Shown here: piece after piece, positions 1-9,108 of the stretch
How the letters are laid out: the number at the start of each line of letters is the position of its first letter
How positions within the stretch are numbered: position 1 is the first letter of the stretch
Origin: Aminivibrio sp.
GTDB taxonomy: Bacteria > Synergistota > Synergistia > Synergistales > Aminobacteriaceae
Length of the DNA stretch: 64,000 bases
Direction of reading: 5' to 3'
Assembly: GCF_016756745.1 (NCBI RefSeq)
Contig: NZ_JAESIH010000059.1
Coordinates: 2,149-66,148 of the forward strand
Program-made: the position numbers and the translations under genes
The notes under the pieces: generated by a model
Database searches by the model: none
What the model was told of the DNA's origin: nothing
Seen by the model: only the letters and a program-made list of their open reading frames with translations

Positions 1-33
1 GTGTCCTGGTCGAGAGCTTTTTTCGGAAAAGTT

Positions 34-61
34 TTGCAGCTTCCGTTCGAAGGTCTATAAT
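34..61 (+). promoter_or_regulatory. sigma70-like promoter upstream of dipeptidase
   Basis: TTGCAG (34-39), 16 bp, TATAAT (56-61); GAGGAGG RBS before ATG 107. Confidence 0.55.
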
Positions 62-106
62 CAGACCGAAACTGCTTTTTATTCCCATACTTCGAGGAGG
101 GTTCCC

Positions 107-1840
107 ATGTTTCGAACGATCCGGTCCTTCACCCTGCTGGTCTTTCTTTTTCTCCCGGCCGCCGCCGGAGAAACGTGCACCACCATCCTGGTGACGAAAG
201 GTGCCTCCGCCGACGGCTCCGTCATGGTCTCCCACTCGGACGACAACGACCTCATGGACCAGCGGGTCGTCTACGTCCCCGCACAAAAGCACGCTCCCGG
301 CGCCGTGAGGGAGGTTTTCTGCACCGCGGCCGCCATGGGGGAATTCCCAGAGTACAATACCTTCTCCTACCCCCGGATGGTCACATCAAAACGGGGGCCG
401 GGATATGACACCCCTGGGCCGGCAACCATTCCACTAGGGACAATCCCCCAGATCCCGGAGACTTTCGCCTATTTCGACGGAAGCTACGGCATCATGAACG
501 AGCGGCAGCTCATGTTCGGCGAATGCACGAACGGCGCGAAAGTCTCCCCTGGGCCCGAACCGGGCAAGCGAATCATGTACTCGGCCGAACTCTCCCGGAT
601 CGCCCTCGAGCGGTGCACCACCGCCAGGGAAGCCATCCGGCTCATCGGCGCCCTTATCGAAGAGTACGGCCTCTACGCCACCGGCGAGACCCTCCCCGTG
701 GCGGACACGGAAGAGGGATGGATCCTGGAGATGGCCCCCTCCCCCGAAGGGACGGGAGGGTTGTGGGTGGCGAAAAAAGTCCCCGACGGGGAGATATTTG
801 TCGGTGCCAACCAGTTCCGGATCCGGGAAGTGGACCCGGATGACCCGGACATGCTCTTCTCGGAAAACCTCCACGCCGTGGCCCAAAAACACGGCTGGTG
901 GAAGCCTGAGGACGGGAAGCTCGACTGGTTGAAAACGGTGAGCCTCGGGGAATACAATCATCCCTATTACTCCCTTCGAAGGGTCTGGAGAGTCCTCTCC
1001 CTGGCCGCACCGTCGAAGAACTTCTCCCCCTGGGTGAAGGATGGCTTCACGAAGGACTACCCCTTCTCGGTGAAACCGGACAAAAAACTGGGCGTAAGGG
1101 ACGTGATGCGGCTCCACAGGGACCACTACGAGGGAACGGAGTTCGATCTCACGAAGGGAACGGCCGCCGGTCCCTTCGGGTACCCCGACCGGTACTACGG
1201 TCCCTACGACGGGGCCGGTGACGTGGGCGACCCCAAGCGAAAGCCGGAGGGGGCATGGGAGCGGCCCCTGTCGGTGACCTACTGCGGGTACGTTTTCGTG
1301 AACCAGGCCAGGGGCTGGCTTCCGGACGCCATCGGCGGGCGCATGTGGCTCGGTCTCGACAAGCCCTCGGACACCGTTTTTCTGCCCTTCCACGTTGGAG
1401 TGAACGGGCTGCCCCGGTCGGTGGAAGCCTGCGACACCACGAAATTCTCCAGGGAGAGCGCGTGGTGGACTTTCAACTTCCTGGCGAACTACGCGGGCCT
1501 GAAATACAGCTACATGCACGGGGAGATCACCGTGTGGCAGGAACAGCTGGAAACGGGCTTCCTCAACACCATCGAGACAGTGGAGCGGAATGCCCTCGAC
1601 CTGTACAGGACCAACCCGTCCGGCGCCAGGGCCTACCTCACGGACTTCGCCGAACGGAACACAGCGGAAACGCTGGAGCAATGGCATGACCTCACGGAAC
1701 GGCTGATCGTGAAATACAACGACGGACTGCTCACCGAGGGCGGCAAAATCGGTCAGCCCATGGGCTATCCCCGGGACTGGCTGAAGACCACATCCTGGCC
1801 ATCGGGCCCCACGTCCTACGAAAAACCCACGGAAAAATAG
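107..1840 (+). CDS. C69-family (Ntn-hydrolase) dipeptidase with signal peptide
   Basis: Hydrophobic N-terminus followed by CTTILV...SHSDD nucleophile motif; MNERQLMFGECT, SRIALER. Confidence 0.85.
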   Translation: MFRTIRSFTLLVFLFLPAAAGETCTTILVTKGASADGSVMVSHSDDNDLMDQRVVYVPAQKHAPGAVREVFCTAAAMGEFPEYNTFSYPRMVTSKRGPGYDTPGPATIPLGTIPQIPETFAYFDGSYGIMNERQLMFGECTNGAKVSPGPEPGKRIMYSAELSRIALERCTTAREAIRLIGALIEEYGLYATGETLPVADTEEGWILEMAPSPEGTGGLWVAKKVPDGEIFVGANQFRIREVDPDDPDMLFSENLHAVAQKHGWWKPEDGKLDWLKTVSLGEYNHPYYSLRRVWRVLSLAAPSKNFSPWVKDGFTKDYPFSVKPDKKLGVRDVMRLHRDHYEGTEFDLTKGTAAGPFGYPDRYYGPYDGAGDVGDPKRKPEGAWERPLSVTYCGYVFVNQARGWLPDAIGGRMWLGLDKPSDTVFLPFHVGVNGLPRSVEACDTTKFSRESAWWTFNFLANYAGLKYSYMHGEITVWQEQLETGFLNTIETVERNALDLYRTNPSGARAYLTDFAERNTAETLEQWHDLTERLIVKYNDGLLTEGGKIGQPMGYPRDWLKTTSWPSGPTSYEKPTEK

Positions 1841-1843
1841 CGG

Positions 1844-1876
1844 AAAGGGCCGGGCTGATGATCAGCCCGGCCCTTT
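1844..1876. terminator. Bidirectional intrinsic terminator
   Basis: AAAGGGCCGGGCTGAT-G-ATCAGCCCGGCCCTTT perfect hairpin between convergent genes. Confidence 0.8.
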
Positions 1877-1881
1877 GATTT

Positions 1882-2766
1882 TCAGCCTCTTTTTCCGCTC
1901 CCGGAGTCTTTCCCCGCCAGAACGGTCTCCCGACACCGGGCCGCTTTGGCCAGAAGAACCTCGAGCTCTTCGGGAGACACAGCAAGAAGGGTGTCGAGGA
2001 TCGTCCTGAATTTCCCCGCAAGCCGCCGGATCTGTTCGCCGTTGGTGCTCGCCATGTCGGCCCCGAGCTCCGGAAGGCCTCCCGCCACGCGGGTCGTGTC
2101 CCGGAACCCGCCCGCCGCGAGAAGGGGCACCAGGGGATGCCGTTCCATCTCCTCCCCCGCGAGGAGAGCCAGCGCCGCGGCGACCAGCACAGGGAAATGG
2201 CTGATGCAGGCCGCGGCGGCGTCGTGTTCTTCGGCGCCGGTCCTGAGCGGACGGCCCCCGAGGGCTCCCGCAAGTTCTTCAGCAAGGGACAGGGCTTCTT
2301 CACCGGTGTTTTCGAAGGGAACCACGGCGCACACAGCTCCTTGGAAAAGGGCCGGGTCTGCGTTCTCCAGGCCGCCCCGCTCCTTTCCCGCCATGGGGTG
2401 AAACCCGGCGTAGCAGGGCCCCCACAGGGGCGCGAGCTTCCGCCCGACCTCGGTCTTGGTGCTCGCCAGGTCGAAGACCGCCCTGACGCCGGACCCGGCG
2501 GCGGGACGGATCTTCAGGCTCGTGGCTTCCATGAAGCGGATGGGGACGGCGAGGATCAGGATGTCTCCCAGGGCGGCGCACTCCTCCGCCGTCGCGCAGG
2601 GCCGCCCGATGATGCCAGTTTCGTGGGCCCGGCGTACCGTTTGCGGGTTCCGGCTCCATCCGGCGACACTTTTCACCGCCCCGTCCCGGGAGAGCTTCCA
2701 GGCAAGAGAACCACCCAGGAGCCCGAGTCCGAAGACGGAAACGGTGCAGTTTTTCAGATCCGTCAT
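1882..2766 (-). CDS. tyrA: Prephenate/arogenate dehydrogenase
   Basis: VFGLGLLGGS Rossmann motif, DLASTK, GFHPMAGKE, HDAAAACISHFP, GGFRDTTRVA; true start MTDLKN at 2766 overlaps the upstream stop (ATGA). Confidence 0.85.
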   Translation of the reverse strand: MTDLKNCTVSVFGLGLLGGSLAWKLSRDGAVKSVAGWSRNPQTVRRAHETGIIGRPCATAEECAALGDILILAVPIRFMEATSLKIRPAAGSGVRAVFDLASTKTEVGRKLAPLWGPCYAGFHPMAGKERGGLENADPALFQGAVCAVVPFENTGEEALSLAEELAGALGGRPLRTGAEEHDAAAACISHFPVLVAAALALLAGEEMERHPLVPLLAAGGFRDTTRVAGGLPELGADMASTNGEQIRRLAGKFRTILDTLLAVSPEELEVLLAKAARCRETVLAGKDSGSGKRG

Positions 2767-3152
2767 CTCTTCTCCTTTCCGCCCCTGACAGGTTCCGCAG
2801 GGCATTCCCTGAGCAGCAGGACCACCAGGTCCCCGATCAGAAAGGCGCCGAAAACTGTCCAGGACATCCACCCCGGAGGAACGAAGAGCCACGTGGACGT
2901 TCCCCCTCCAAGGGTCATCATGGTAATGCCCCACACCTTCATCTTCCTGGAAATGCACCTGTTTTTCTCCCAATTCCGGACGGTGCGGCCGAACGTGCGA
3001 TGCTGCCGCATCCACCGGTGCATCTTCGGCGACGACCGGGCAAAACATGCCGCGGCGACCAGCACGAAGGGCACCGTGGGCATGACGGGAAACAACGCCC
3101 CGATGAAGCCGAGGGCTAGGAAGAGCGTTCCGAGAAGGGTCCAGAGATTCAT
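2763..3152 (-). CDS. YbaN/DUF454 family membrane protein
   Basis: LALGFIGALFPVMPTVPFVLVAAACFARSS signature. Confidence 0.85.
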   Translation of the reverse strand: MNLWTLLGTLFLALGFIGALFPVMPTVPFVLVAAACFARSSPKMHRWMRQHRTFGRTVRNWEKNRCISRKMKVWGITMMTLGGGTSTWLFVPPGWMSWTVFGAFLIGDLVVLLLRECPAEPVRGGKEKR

Positions 3153-3249
3153 AGCGACTCACCGCAGCAGGAAAAGATTTTGTAGCCGAGATACCATATC
3201 ATAAAATAGCGGCGCTGTGGTCGGGGTTTTCTGCAATAATGGGGGTGTG

Positions 3250-3473
3250 CCCTCAGGACCGGTACCGCTCTTCCTGCACAGCAGCCGCACCGCCTCGAAT
3301 ACGTCCTCGCTTCATCCGGTCATGACGGATGTCGCTGTACGAGCCCCATGCCGAGCTTCACGGAATCGGGCCTGAGGCCGATACGCCGGTAGAGGGAGGA
3401 ATAGTCGCCCCCCACGTCATCCAGGACCGTCAGGAATCCCGTGCCCCTGTAAAAATCAAGGATCGGCACGAGG
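3250..3473 (-). pseudogene. EAL-domain phosphodiesterase relic (middle/C-terminal part, frameshifted)
   Basis: ILDFYRGTGFLTVLDDVGGDYSSL..LRPDSVKLGMGLV, then DIRHDRMK and EDVFEAVRLLCRK in shifted frames; begins directly at the repeat end at 3474. Confidence 0.7.
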
Positions 3474-3493
3474 CCTAAATCCGCAGGCAGCGG
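3474..3493 (+). repeat. Solo right-type end of CCTAAATCCGC repeat family
   Basis: CCTAAATCCGCAGGCAGCGG, exact reverse complement of 6836-6855. Confidence 0.85.
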
Positions 3494-3605
3494 AAGAAGT
3501 GCGGCAGAGGAGAGAAAGCGGACGGTTCCTTTTCCCGGCCTCCCATGGAACGCATCACCGGCGTGCCCGGCACAGTGGGATATCCCCAAAAAATCATGAA
3601 AATAC

Positions 3606-3640
3606 AAAAAAGCATCCCTGGAATTCCGGGATGCTTTTTT
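3606..3640 (-). terminator. Intrinsic terminator of TRAP operon
   Basis: AAAAAAGCATCCC...GGGATGCTTTTTT hairpin downstream of dctM. Confidence 0.8.
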
Positions 3641-3660
3641 CTGCCTTGAAAAAATTCGCG

Positions 3661-5013
3661 TTACGCCGCGCCGATCATCATCTCGGGAAGCCAGGTAATG
3701 ATACCCGGGAAGAAAGCGCAGAGCAAAAGCACCACCATGATGATGAGGATGAAGGGAATGACCCCCCGGATGATGTCTCCGATGGTCACGCCGAGCTCCT
3801 TCGGGGCGGTCCCCTTGAGGACGAAGATGGACATGGCCATGGGCGGCGTCTGGAAGGCCATCTGCATGTTGATGCAGATCATCATGCCGGCCCAGAGAGG
3901 ATTGAAGCCGAGAGTGGTCAGGATGGGCGAGAAGATGGGAACCACGATAAACACGATGCCGATCCACTCGATGAACATCCCGAGCAGAAACACGATCGCC
4001 ATGATGACGAAGAAGGACATCCACTTCCCCCCGGGAACGGAGAGAATGAACTCCGCCACCACGTCTCCCGCCCCCGCGTTCATGAAGATGCCCACGTAGG
4101 CGTAGCACATGGCGGCGATCATCACCACGAAAGCGCTGACTTTCATTGTCTCGAGGGAAGCCCGTTTCATGAGATCCCAGCTGAACTTCCTGTAGGCTGC
4201 CGCGAGGAGGATGGACGCGAAGCACCCCACTGCCGCAGCCTCCGTGGGCGGCGCGATCCCGGCGAAAATCGTTCCCAGAACGGCCGCTATCAGCAGGATC
4301 GGCGGAACCAGGGACTTGAGAAGACGGAAAAACTTGGCCGCGTCAAAGGGAGTGATCTGGTCCTCCGGGATAGCCGGGCCGAGAGCGGGGTTCAGGTGAC
4401 AGCGGATGACGACATACAGCATGTAAAAGGCAGAAAGCAGAAGGCCTGGAAAAACGGCTCCCATGAACATCTGCCCCACCGAAAGCCCCGCCTGGGGCGC
4501 GTAGACTACGAGCATGATGCTCGGCGGGATAAGAATGCCGAGGGTTCCCGCCGCGACGATGGACCCTGCTGCCAGGGACTTGTCGTACCCCCTGGTGATC
4601 ATGGGGGCAAGGGCGATGAGAGTCAGGATGGTGACGGACGCCGCGATGACACCCAGGCAGGCGGCGAGGATCGTTCCGAACAGGATGGTCACCACGGCCA
4701 GACCGCCCCGGAGCCTGCCCATGGCTTCGTAGAGGCTCTGGTACAGGTCCTTCGTGACCCCTGAATGCTGCAGGATGACACCCATGAAGGTGAACAGGGG
4801 AACCGCCAGGTAGGGATAGTTCAGCGACAGGTCGTAGAACCTGCTGTACAGTATGTGGAATGTGGTGGTGGGACCGAAAACGGCGAGACCTGTAAAAAAA
4901 GCCACGCTCCCGATGACGAAGGCGATGGGGAACCCCGTCATCACGAGGACGAAGACTCCTCCCAGCATAATGGCGGTGACAGTTTCGGCGCTGAGTTCAA
5001 TCAAGAGTCTCAC
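3661..5013 (-). CDS. dctM: TRAP transporter large permease (DctM family)
   Basis: Multi-TM protein; AVPLFTFMG, GTLGILIPPSI, PTEAAAVG, TPPMA motifs; start may be TTG at 5004. Confidence 0.9.
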   Translation of the reverse strand: MRLLIELSAETVTAIMLGGVFVLVMTGFPIAFVIGSVAFFTGLAVFGPTTTFHILYSRFYDLSLNYPYLAVPLFTFMGVILQHSGVTKDLYQSLYEAMGRLRGGLAVVTILFGTILAACLGVIAASVTILTLIALAPMITRGYDKSLAAGSIVAAGTLGILIPPSIMLVVYAPQAGLSVGQMFMGAVFPGLLLSAFYMLYVVIRCHLNPALGPAIPEDQITPFDAAKFFRLLKSLVPPILLIAAVLGTIFAGIAPPTEAAAVGCFASILLAAAYRKFSWDLMKRASLETMKVSAFVVMIAAMCYAYVGIFMNAGAGDVVAEFILSVPGGKWMSFFVIMAIVFLLGMFIEWIGIVFIVVPIFSPILTTLGFNPLWAGMMICINMQMAFQTPPMAMSIFVLKGTAPKELGVTIGDIIRGVIPFILIIMVVLLLCAFFPGIITWLPEMMIGAA

Positions 5014-5515
5014 CCCTCACCATGAAATAGACATCCCGCACAAAATTCGCCGCCGCCTGAAGGATCAGAAGGAAAAGGCCCACAGCGAACACTGTCCGGT
5101 AGGGCCATGCCGGGGGATACCAAAAGCTGTTGAAGAAGACCTCCTTGATGGTCACCGCTCGGACGGCCCACGTGAAGGCGAGCTTGAACATGACCAGCAT
5201 GAGAGGAAAAAAGAGAAACAGGGAGCAGATCACGTTCATGAAAGCCTTTCCCCGGGGAGGAAGCATGTTGTAGAACATGTCCACCCTCGTGTGCGCCTCG
5301 TGGAGATAGTCGTAGGAGGCGCCCAGAAGGTACAGGGCGCCTCCTGCCATGCACAGTACGTCATAGGCCCATGCGGTGGGAGCGTTGAAGAAATGGCGCG
5401 CGACAGCCTCGTAGGTTCCCGCAAACACAAGGACCAGGGCGAACCACTTCGCCACCCAGCCGGACGTTTCGCTGACGGTATCGATGAATTTCAATATTTT
5501 CCTTAAGGACGACAT
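4997..5515 (-). CDS. dctQ: TRAP transporter small permease (DctQ family)
   Basis: 4 TM segments, HTRVDMFY motif, lies between dctP and dctM. Confidence 0.88.
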   Translation of the reverse strand: MSSLRKILKFIDTVSETSGWVAKWFALVLVFAGTYEAVARHFFNAPTAWAYDVLCMAGGALYLLGASYDYLHEAHTRVDMFYNMLPPRGKAFMNVICSLFLFFPLMLVMFKLAFTWAVRAVTIKEVFFNSFWYPPAWPYRTVFAVGLFLLILQAAANFVRDVYFMVRGETLD

Positions 5516-5550
5516 GCCCCTTCTCCTTGTGAAATACCGCGGGAGCGCGG

Positions 5551-6603
5551 CTATTTCATCGTCTCGTAAGATTCGCCGAAGGCCTTCATGGAGTTGTAGA
5601 TCTCTCCGAAGATCGCCGGTTCACTGGCCACCTTTTCCTCGTAAAATTTAGACGCTTCGGCTGCAAGGGCCGCGTTGACCTCCGCAGGGACCTTCAAAAC
5701 CTGGTTGCCCGCCGCCTTGAACTTTTCAAGGGCGATGATGGATTCATAGACAAGATACTCGTGCTGGGCCTGGGTGAAGCGGTCGATGAATGTCTGTACC
5801 AGGAGCTGCAGGTCCTTCGGCAGGGCGTTCCATGCGTCCTTGTTCACGAAGAATACCTGGGGATCGCTGGGAGCGCGTACGGGAGAAAGATAGACGTATT
5901 TCGCCACTTCGTTGAAGTGCATGTTCCAGTTGGAAGCAAGGGTGGAGTACTCAAAGGCGTCGATGGTACCGCGCTTCATGGCCTCGTAGAGCTCGCCGCC
6001 GGGAAGGATGACCGTGGCCATGCCCATTCTCTTCAGGATCTCTCCGGCGTCGCCCATGCAGCGGGCCTTGATGGTCTTCAGGTCTTCAACAGTCTCGATC
6101 TTCTTCTTGGAGTGGAAGAACACCTCTTCAGGAAGGGGGGAAAGGGCGCCCGGGAAGGTCATCACGTTGTAGCCTTCCATCATCTTGTTCATCAGGTCCG
6201 CGCCGCCGCCGTAGTTGAACCACGTGCGGAGGGCTTCGCCGGCGAGGGCGCCGGGGCGGGAGCTGACCAGACCTGCCGCCGACCATTTGTCGAGGTTGTA
6301 CATGGGGCACGTGTAGCAGAGCTGCAGCACGTTCTCGTGGACAGCGTCGACTTCCTTGTAGGCGGGGACGATGGATCCGCCGACGAAGGGCTTGATCTCC
6401 AGCCTGCCGCCGGAGGCTTCGGTGATGGCCTTGCAGAGCATGTCATGGTAGATCTGGGACGGGTCGGACGCCGGGCCGTGCCCGGAAGATTTCCAGACAA
6501 TCTTCTTCGGGGCGTCGGCGCCCTCGACCACGGCGGGCATAAAAGCCCCGACCACAAGGACGGGAACCAGCAGCGCGAACAACACTCTTCTCATAGCCCA
6601 CAT
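5551..6603 (-). CDS. dctP: TRAP transporter substrate-binding protein (DctP family)
   Basis: Signal peptide; SGGRLEIK, ELYEAMKRGTIDAFEY; GGAGG RBS. Confidence 0.88.
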   Translation of the reverse strand: MWAMRRVLFALLVPVLVVGAFMPAVVEGADAPKKIVWKSSGHGPASDPSQIYHDMLCKAITEASGGRLEIKPFVGGSIVPAYKEVDAVHENVLQLCYTCPMYNLDKWSAAGLVSSRPGALAGEALRTWFNYGGGADLMNKMMEGYNVMTFPGALSPLPEEVFFHSKKKIETVEDLKTIKARCMGDAGEILKRMGMATVILPGGELYEAMKRGTIDAFEYSTLASNWNMHFNEVAKYVYLSPVRAPSDPQVFFVNKDAWNALPKDLQLLVQTFIDRFTQAQHEYLVYESIIALEKFKAAGNQVLKVPAEVNAALAAEASKFYEEKVASEPAIFGEIYNSMKAFGESYETMK

Positions 6604-6835
6604 CTTTGTAACCTCCTTTGTATTTGGTGTTTCCCTACGGCAGGGGAGGAATTTCCCCGGCCCTGAACGACACCTTTTCAGAAGCTACTCGAAAAAGAGG
6701 GAACTGCCCGTCACGTTCCGGAAAAAGCCCGGGCAGACCGCATCGAGGCGATCCATGACATTTTTTCCGGTACAGCGGGACATACCGACGAGAAGAATAC
6801 CACTATTCTGAAGGTATTCGAAAAATTTTTCAAGC

Positions 6836-6855
6836 CCGCTGCCTGCGGATTTAGG
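6836..6855 (-). repeat. Solo right-type end of CCTAAATCCGC repeat family
   Basis: CCGCTGCCTGCGGATTTAGG, inverted copy of 3474-3493. Confidence 0.85.
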
Positions 6856-7041
6856 GGAAAAACGTTCTGTTGCAAAAACCCTTCTTTTTTGCTAGAGTTT
6901 CCATGGGTCTGTTATCGCAATTTTCCATTTTTTAGCAGAGAGGAGGGATGCCGTCCCTGCGAAAGGCCGAGGCACGAAAACAGGAGAAGTGCCCTGCTGA
7001 ACGTATCGTTGCGATACCGTGTGAAAAGGAGGCTGAAAACA

Positions 7042-7875
7042 ATGGCAGGCTTTTGCAGAAAAACGGTCCTGGTTCTGCTGGCGGCGGCTCTTGTTCTTCT
7101 CCCTGCGTCGGCTCCAGCCGCCGAACCGTCCCTCGCCGAGATCTACTCCATCCTGAAGACGAAAGAATTCGTCGACCTCACCCATACCTTCGACACCGAA
7201 ATACCCCACTGGCCCGGCTTTCCCAAGGAAAAGCGGGAAACCATCTACTGGTACGATAAGGGTGTGGGCGCCATGGGATACGGCTTTTTCGCCCAGGTTT
7301 TCTCCCACGTTGGACAGTGGGGAACCCACTGCGACGCCCCGGCCCATTTCGCAAGGGGGAAAAGGACTCTCGACCGGATCGGCGTAAAGGAAATGCTCCT
7401 TCCGCTGGTGGTCTTCGACGTCTCTGAAAAAGCGGCGGCAAACCCTGATTACGTTCTCACCCTCGAAGATGTGAAGGAATGGGAGAAAAAAAACGGTCCC
7501 GTGCCGGAGGGAGCCTTCGCGGCCATGAGGACCGACTGGTCGAAACGGTGGCCCGACGAGGCCGCCATGAGAAACGCCGACGCCTCCGGCACGGCCCACT
7601 ATCCCGGCTGGAGCCTCGAAGCACTGAAATACCTCTACGAGGAGCGGAAGATCACCGCCTCGGGGCACGAGCCCACGGATACTGACCCCGGGATTTCCAC
7701 GTCAAAGGGAGACTACACCTGCGAGGCCTATATCCTCGGCCAAGACAGGTACCAGATCGAGCTTCTCGCCAACCTGGACAAAGTGCCGGAAAGCGGTGCT
7801 CTCGTCGTGGTGGCCTTCCCCAAGCCCTTCTTCGGCTCGGGCTTCCCCGCCCGGGTTTTCGCCATTCTCCCCTGA
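7042..7875 (+). CDS. Cyclase/kynurenine formamidase-like metal hydrolase with signal peptide
   Basis: FVDLTH, QWGTHCDAPAHF, IELLANLDKVP; AGGAGG RBS before ATG 7042. Confidence 0.8.
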   Translation: MAGFCRKTVLVLLAAALVLLPASAPAAEPSLAEIYSILKTKEFVDLTHTFDTEIPHWPGFPKEKRETIYWYDKGVGAMGYGFFAQVFSHVGQWGTHCDAPAHFARGKRTLDRIGVKEMLLPLVVFDVSEKAAANPDYVLTLEDVKEWEKKNGPVPEGAFAAMRTDWSKRWPDEAAMRNADASGTAHYPGWSLEALKYLYEERKITASGHEPTDTDPGISTSKGDYTCEAYILGQDRYQIELLANLDKVPESGALVVVAFPKPFFGSGFPARVFAILP

Positions 7876-7965
7876 TGCCAAGGCGGGTTCCGGCCCGCCT
7901 TTTCCCTTTCCGCCCGAAGACCGATACCCAAACAGCAATACGAAATAATTACGAAGGAGAAAACC

Positions 7966-8751
7966 ATGAACATGAACCGGCTTTTCATTGCCGTCCTGCT
8001 GCTTCTTCTGGCGGTTCTCCCCGCCCGGAGCAGGGAAAACCCGTTCTGGGCCGCCGACAGCGGGGCAAATTTCCGCATCCTCCTTCCCGGAGGGTGGACG
8101 GTCCGGAGGCACCTGTCACAGGAACCGGTACTGAGGGCCCGTTCCCGGGACGGGACGGCATTCCTGGAGGTGCATGTCCTCAGGGAACCTTTTTCGACAG
8201 CATCGGAAGCCGCCGCCGGGTTCGAGGAGAGGGAGGCATTTCTCTCCCTCTCTCCCGTTGAGACATGGAGAGGAACCATCGTATCGATAAGCGGAGAGGA
8301 AGGACATCTGAGGAGGTACAGGGCCATGAGCGACGGACGGCATGCGGAGGCTTCGGTCGCCTGTTTCGGCCGCGGCGGGACATGGTTCGTTGTTCTCGCC
8401 GTGGCTTCCCCGGAGACGACGGGCATCGGCGGCGCCGATCTCGAAGGGACCCTCAGGAGCTTTACTCTCCCGACGGCATCTCCCGCTCCCGGGGACCCCA
8501 TCGAAGGCCGGTGGAGGTGGCACAACGGCAGTATCGTCACCTTCCGGAGGGACGGCAGGGTCGTTCCCTCATCCCTGGTGGGTTCCTGGAGGAGGACACC
8601 GCCTTCCCTGCAGAGGGAAGGCGTTTCGTATCTCATCACTCTTCCCGGTCCGGCGGGCGGGGAAGAGGAAGCGGTCCTCAGCCCCGACGGAAGAAAGCTC
8701 TTCCGGGTCTCCGGGGGCGAACGGATACAGATCGCCGCACGGCTGGAATAA
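7966..8751 (+). CDS. Hypothetical exported protein (possible PsbP/DcrB-like fold plus small C-terminal domain)
   Basis: Signal peptide, GAAGGAG RBS, FRILLPGGW...; fold is a guess. Confidence 0.6.
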   Translation: MNMNRLFIAVLLLLLAVLPARSRENPFWAADSGANFRILLPGGWTVRRHLSQEPVLRARSRDGTAFLEVHVLREPFSTASEAAAGFEEREAFLSLSPVETWRGTIVSISGEEGHLRRYRAMSDGRHAEASVACFGRGGTWFVVLAVASPETTGIGGADLEGTLRSFTLPTASPAPGDPIEGRWRWHNGSIVTFRRDGRVVPSSLVGSWRRTPPSLQREGVSYLITLPGPAGGEEEAVLSPDGRKLFRVSGGERIQIAARLE

Positions 8752-8829
8752 AAGGGCGGCGATGGAGGAAACGCTTACCGGCCGAAAAACTCCTGCGGAA
8801 ACTTCGGCGTCCTCGTCCGGGCCTAGACC

Positions 8830-9096
8830 TCCATCCGCACCCTCGGCCCGGAGGGCATACGGGAAGTGTGGGAGATGACGGCACTGAACGCCGATTGCCC
8901 GGCGAAAAGGCTCAGCTCCATCTACCCCGGCGTCCGCATCATGGGACCGGAAGCGGCGGCCGGGACCAGGGCAAGCCGCTCTCGCAGTCTCCCGAAACTC
9001 ACCGCCGGGGACGCGGCCCTCTCGGTCCACGCTCACCCGACCCTGTGCGAATGCTTCCGGGACGCCTGCCTGCGCGTTCTGGAGAAGGAGAAATAG
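8830..9096 (+). pseudogene. Relic of dihydrolipoamide dehydrogenase-like C-terminal dimerisation domain
   Basis: GVRIMGPEA...LSVHAHPTLCECFRDA resembles the GVHIxGP..HAHPTLxE motif; no N-terminal domains. Confidence 0.6.
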
Positions 9097-9108
9097 GCGG
9101 CAGGCCTA

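Noticed and set aside
1882-3162. 426-aa ORF as a single protein (likewise 39597-41459, 620 aa, and 28651-29736)
   Set aside because: These are upstream in-frame extensions overlapping real neighbouring genes; recognisable domains and RBSs start at 2766, 40481 and ~29589.
3241-3450. 6S RNA-like hairpin, or a selenocysteine TGA in VMTG*SEDVF
   Set aside because: End pairing is weak and the region is better explained as a frameshifted EAL relic.
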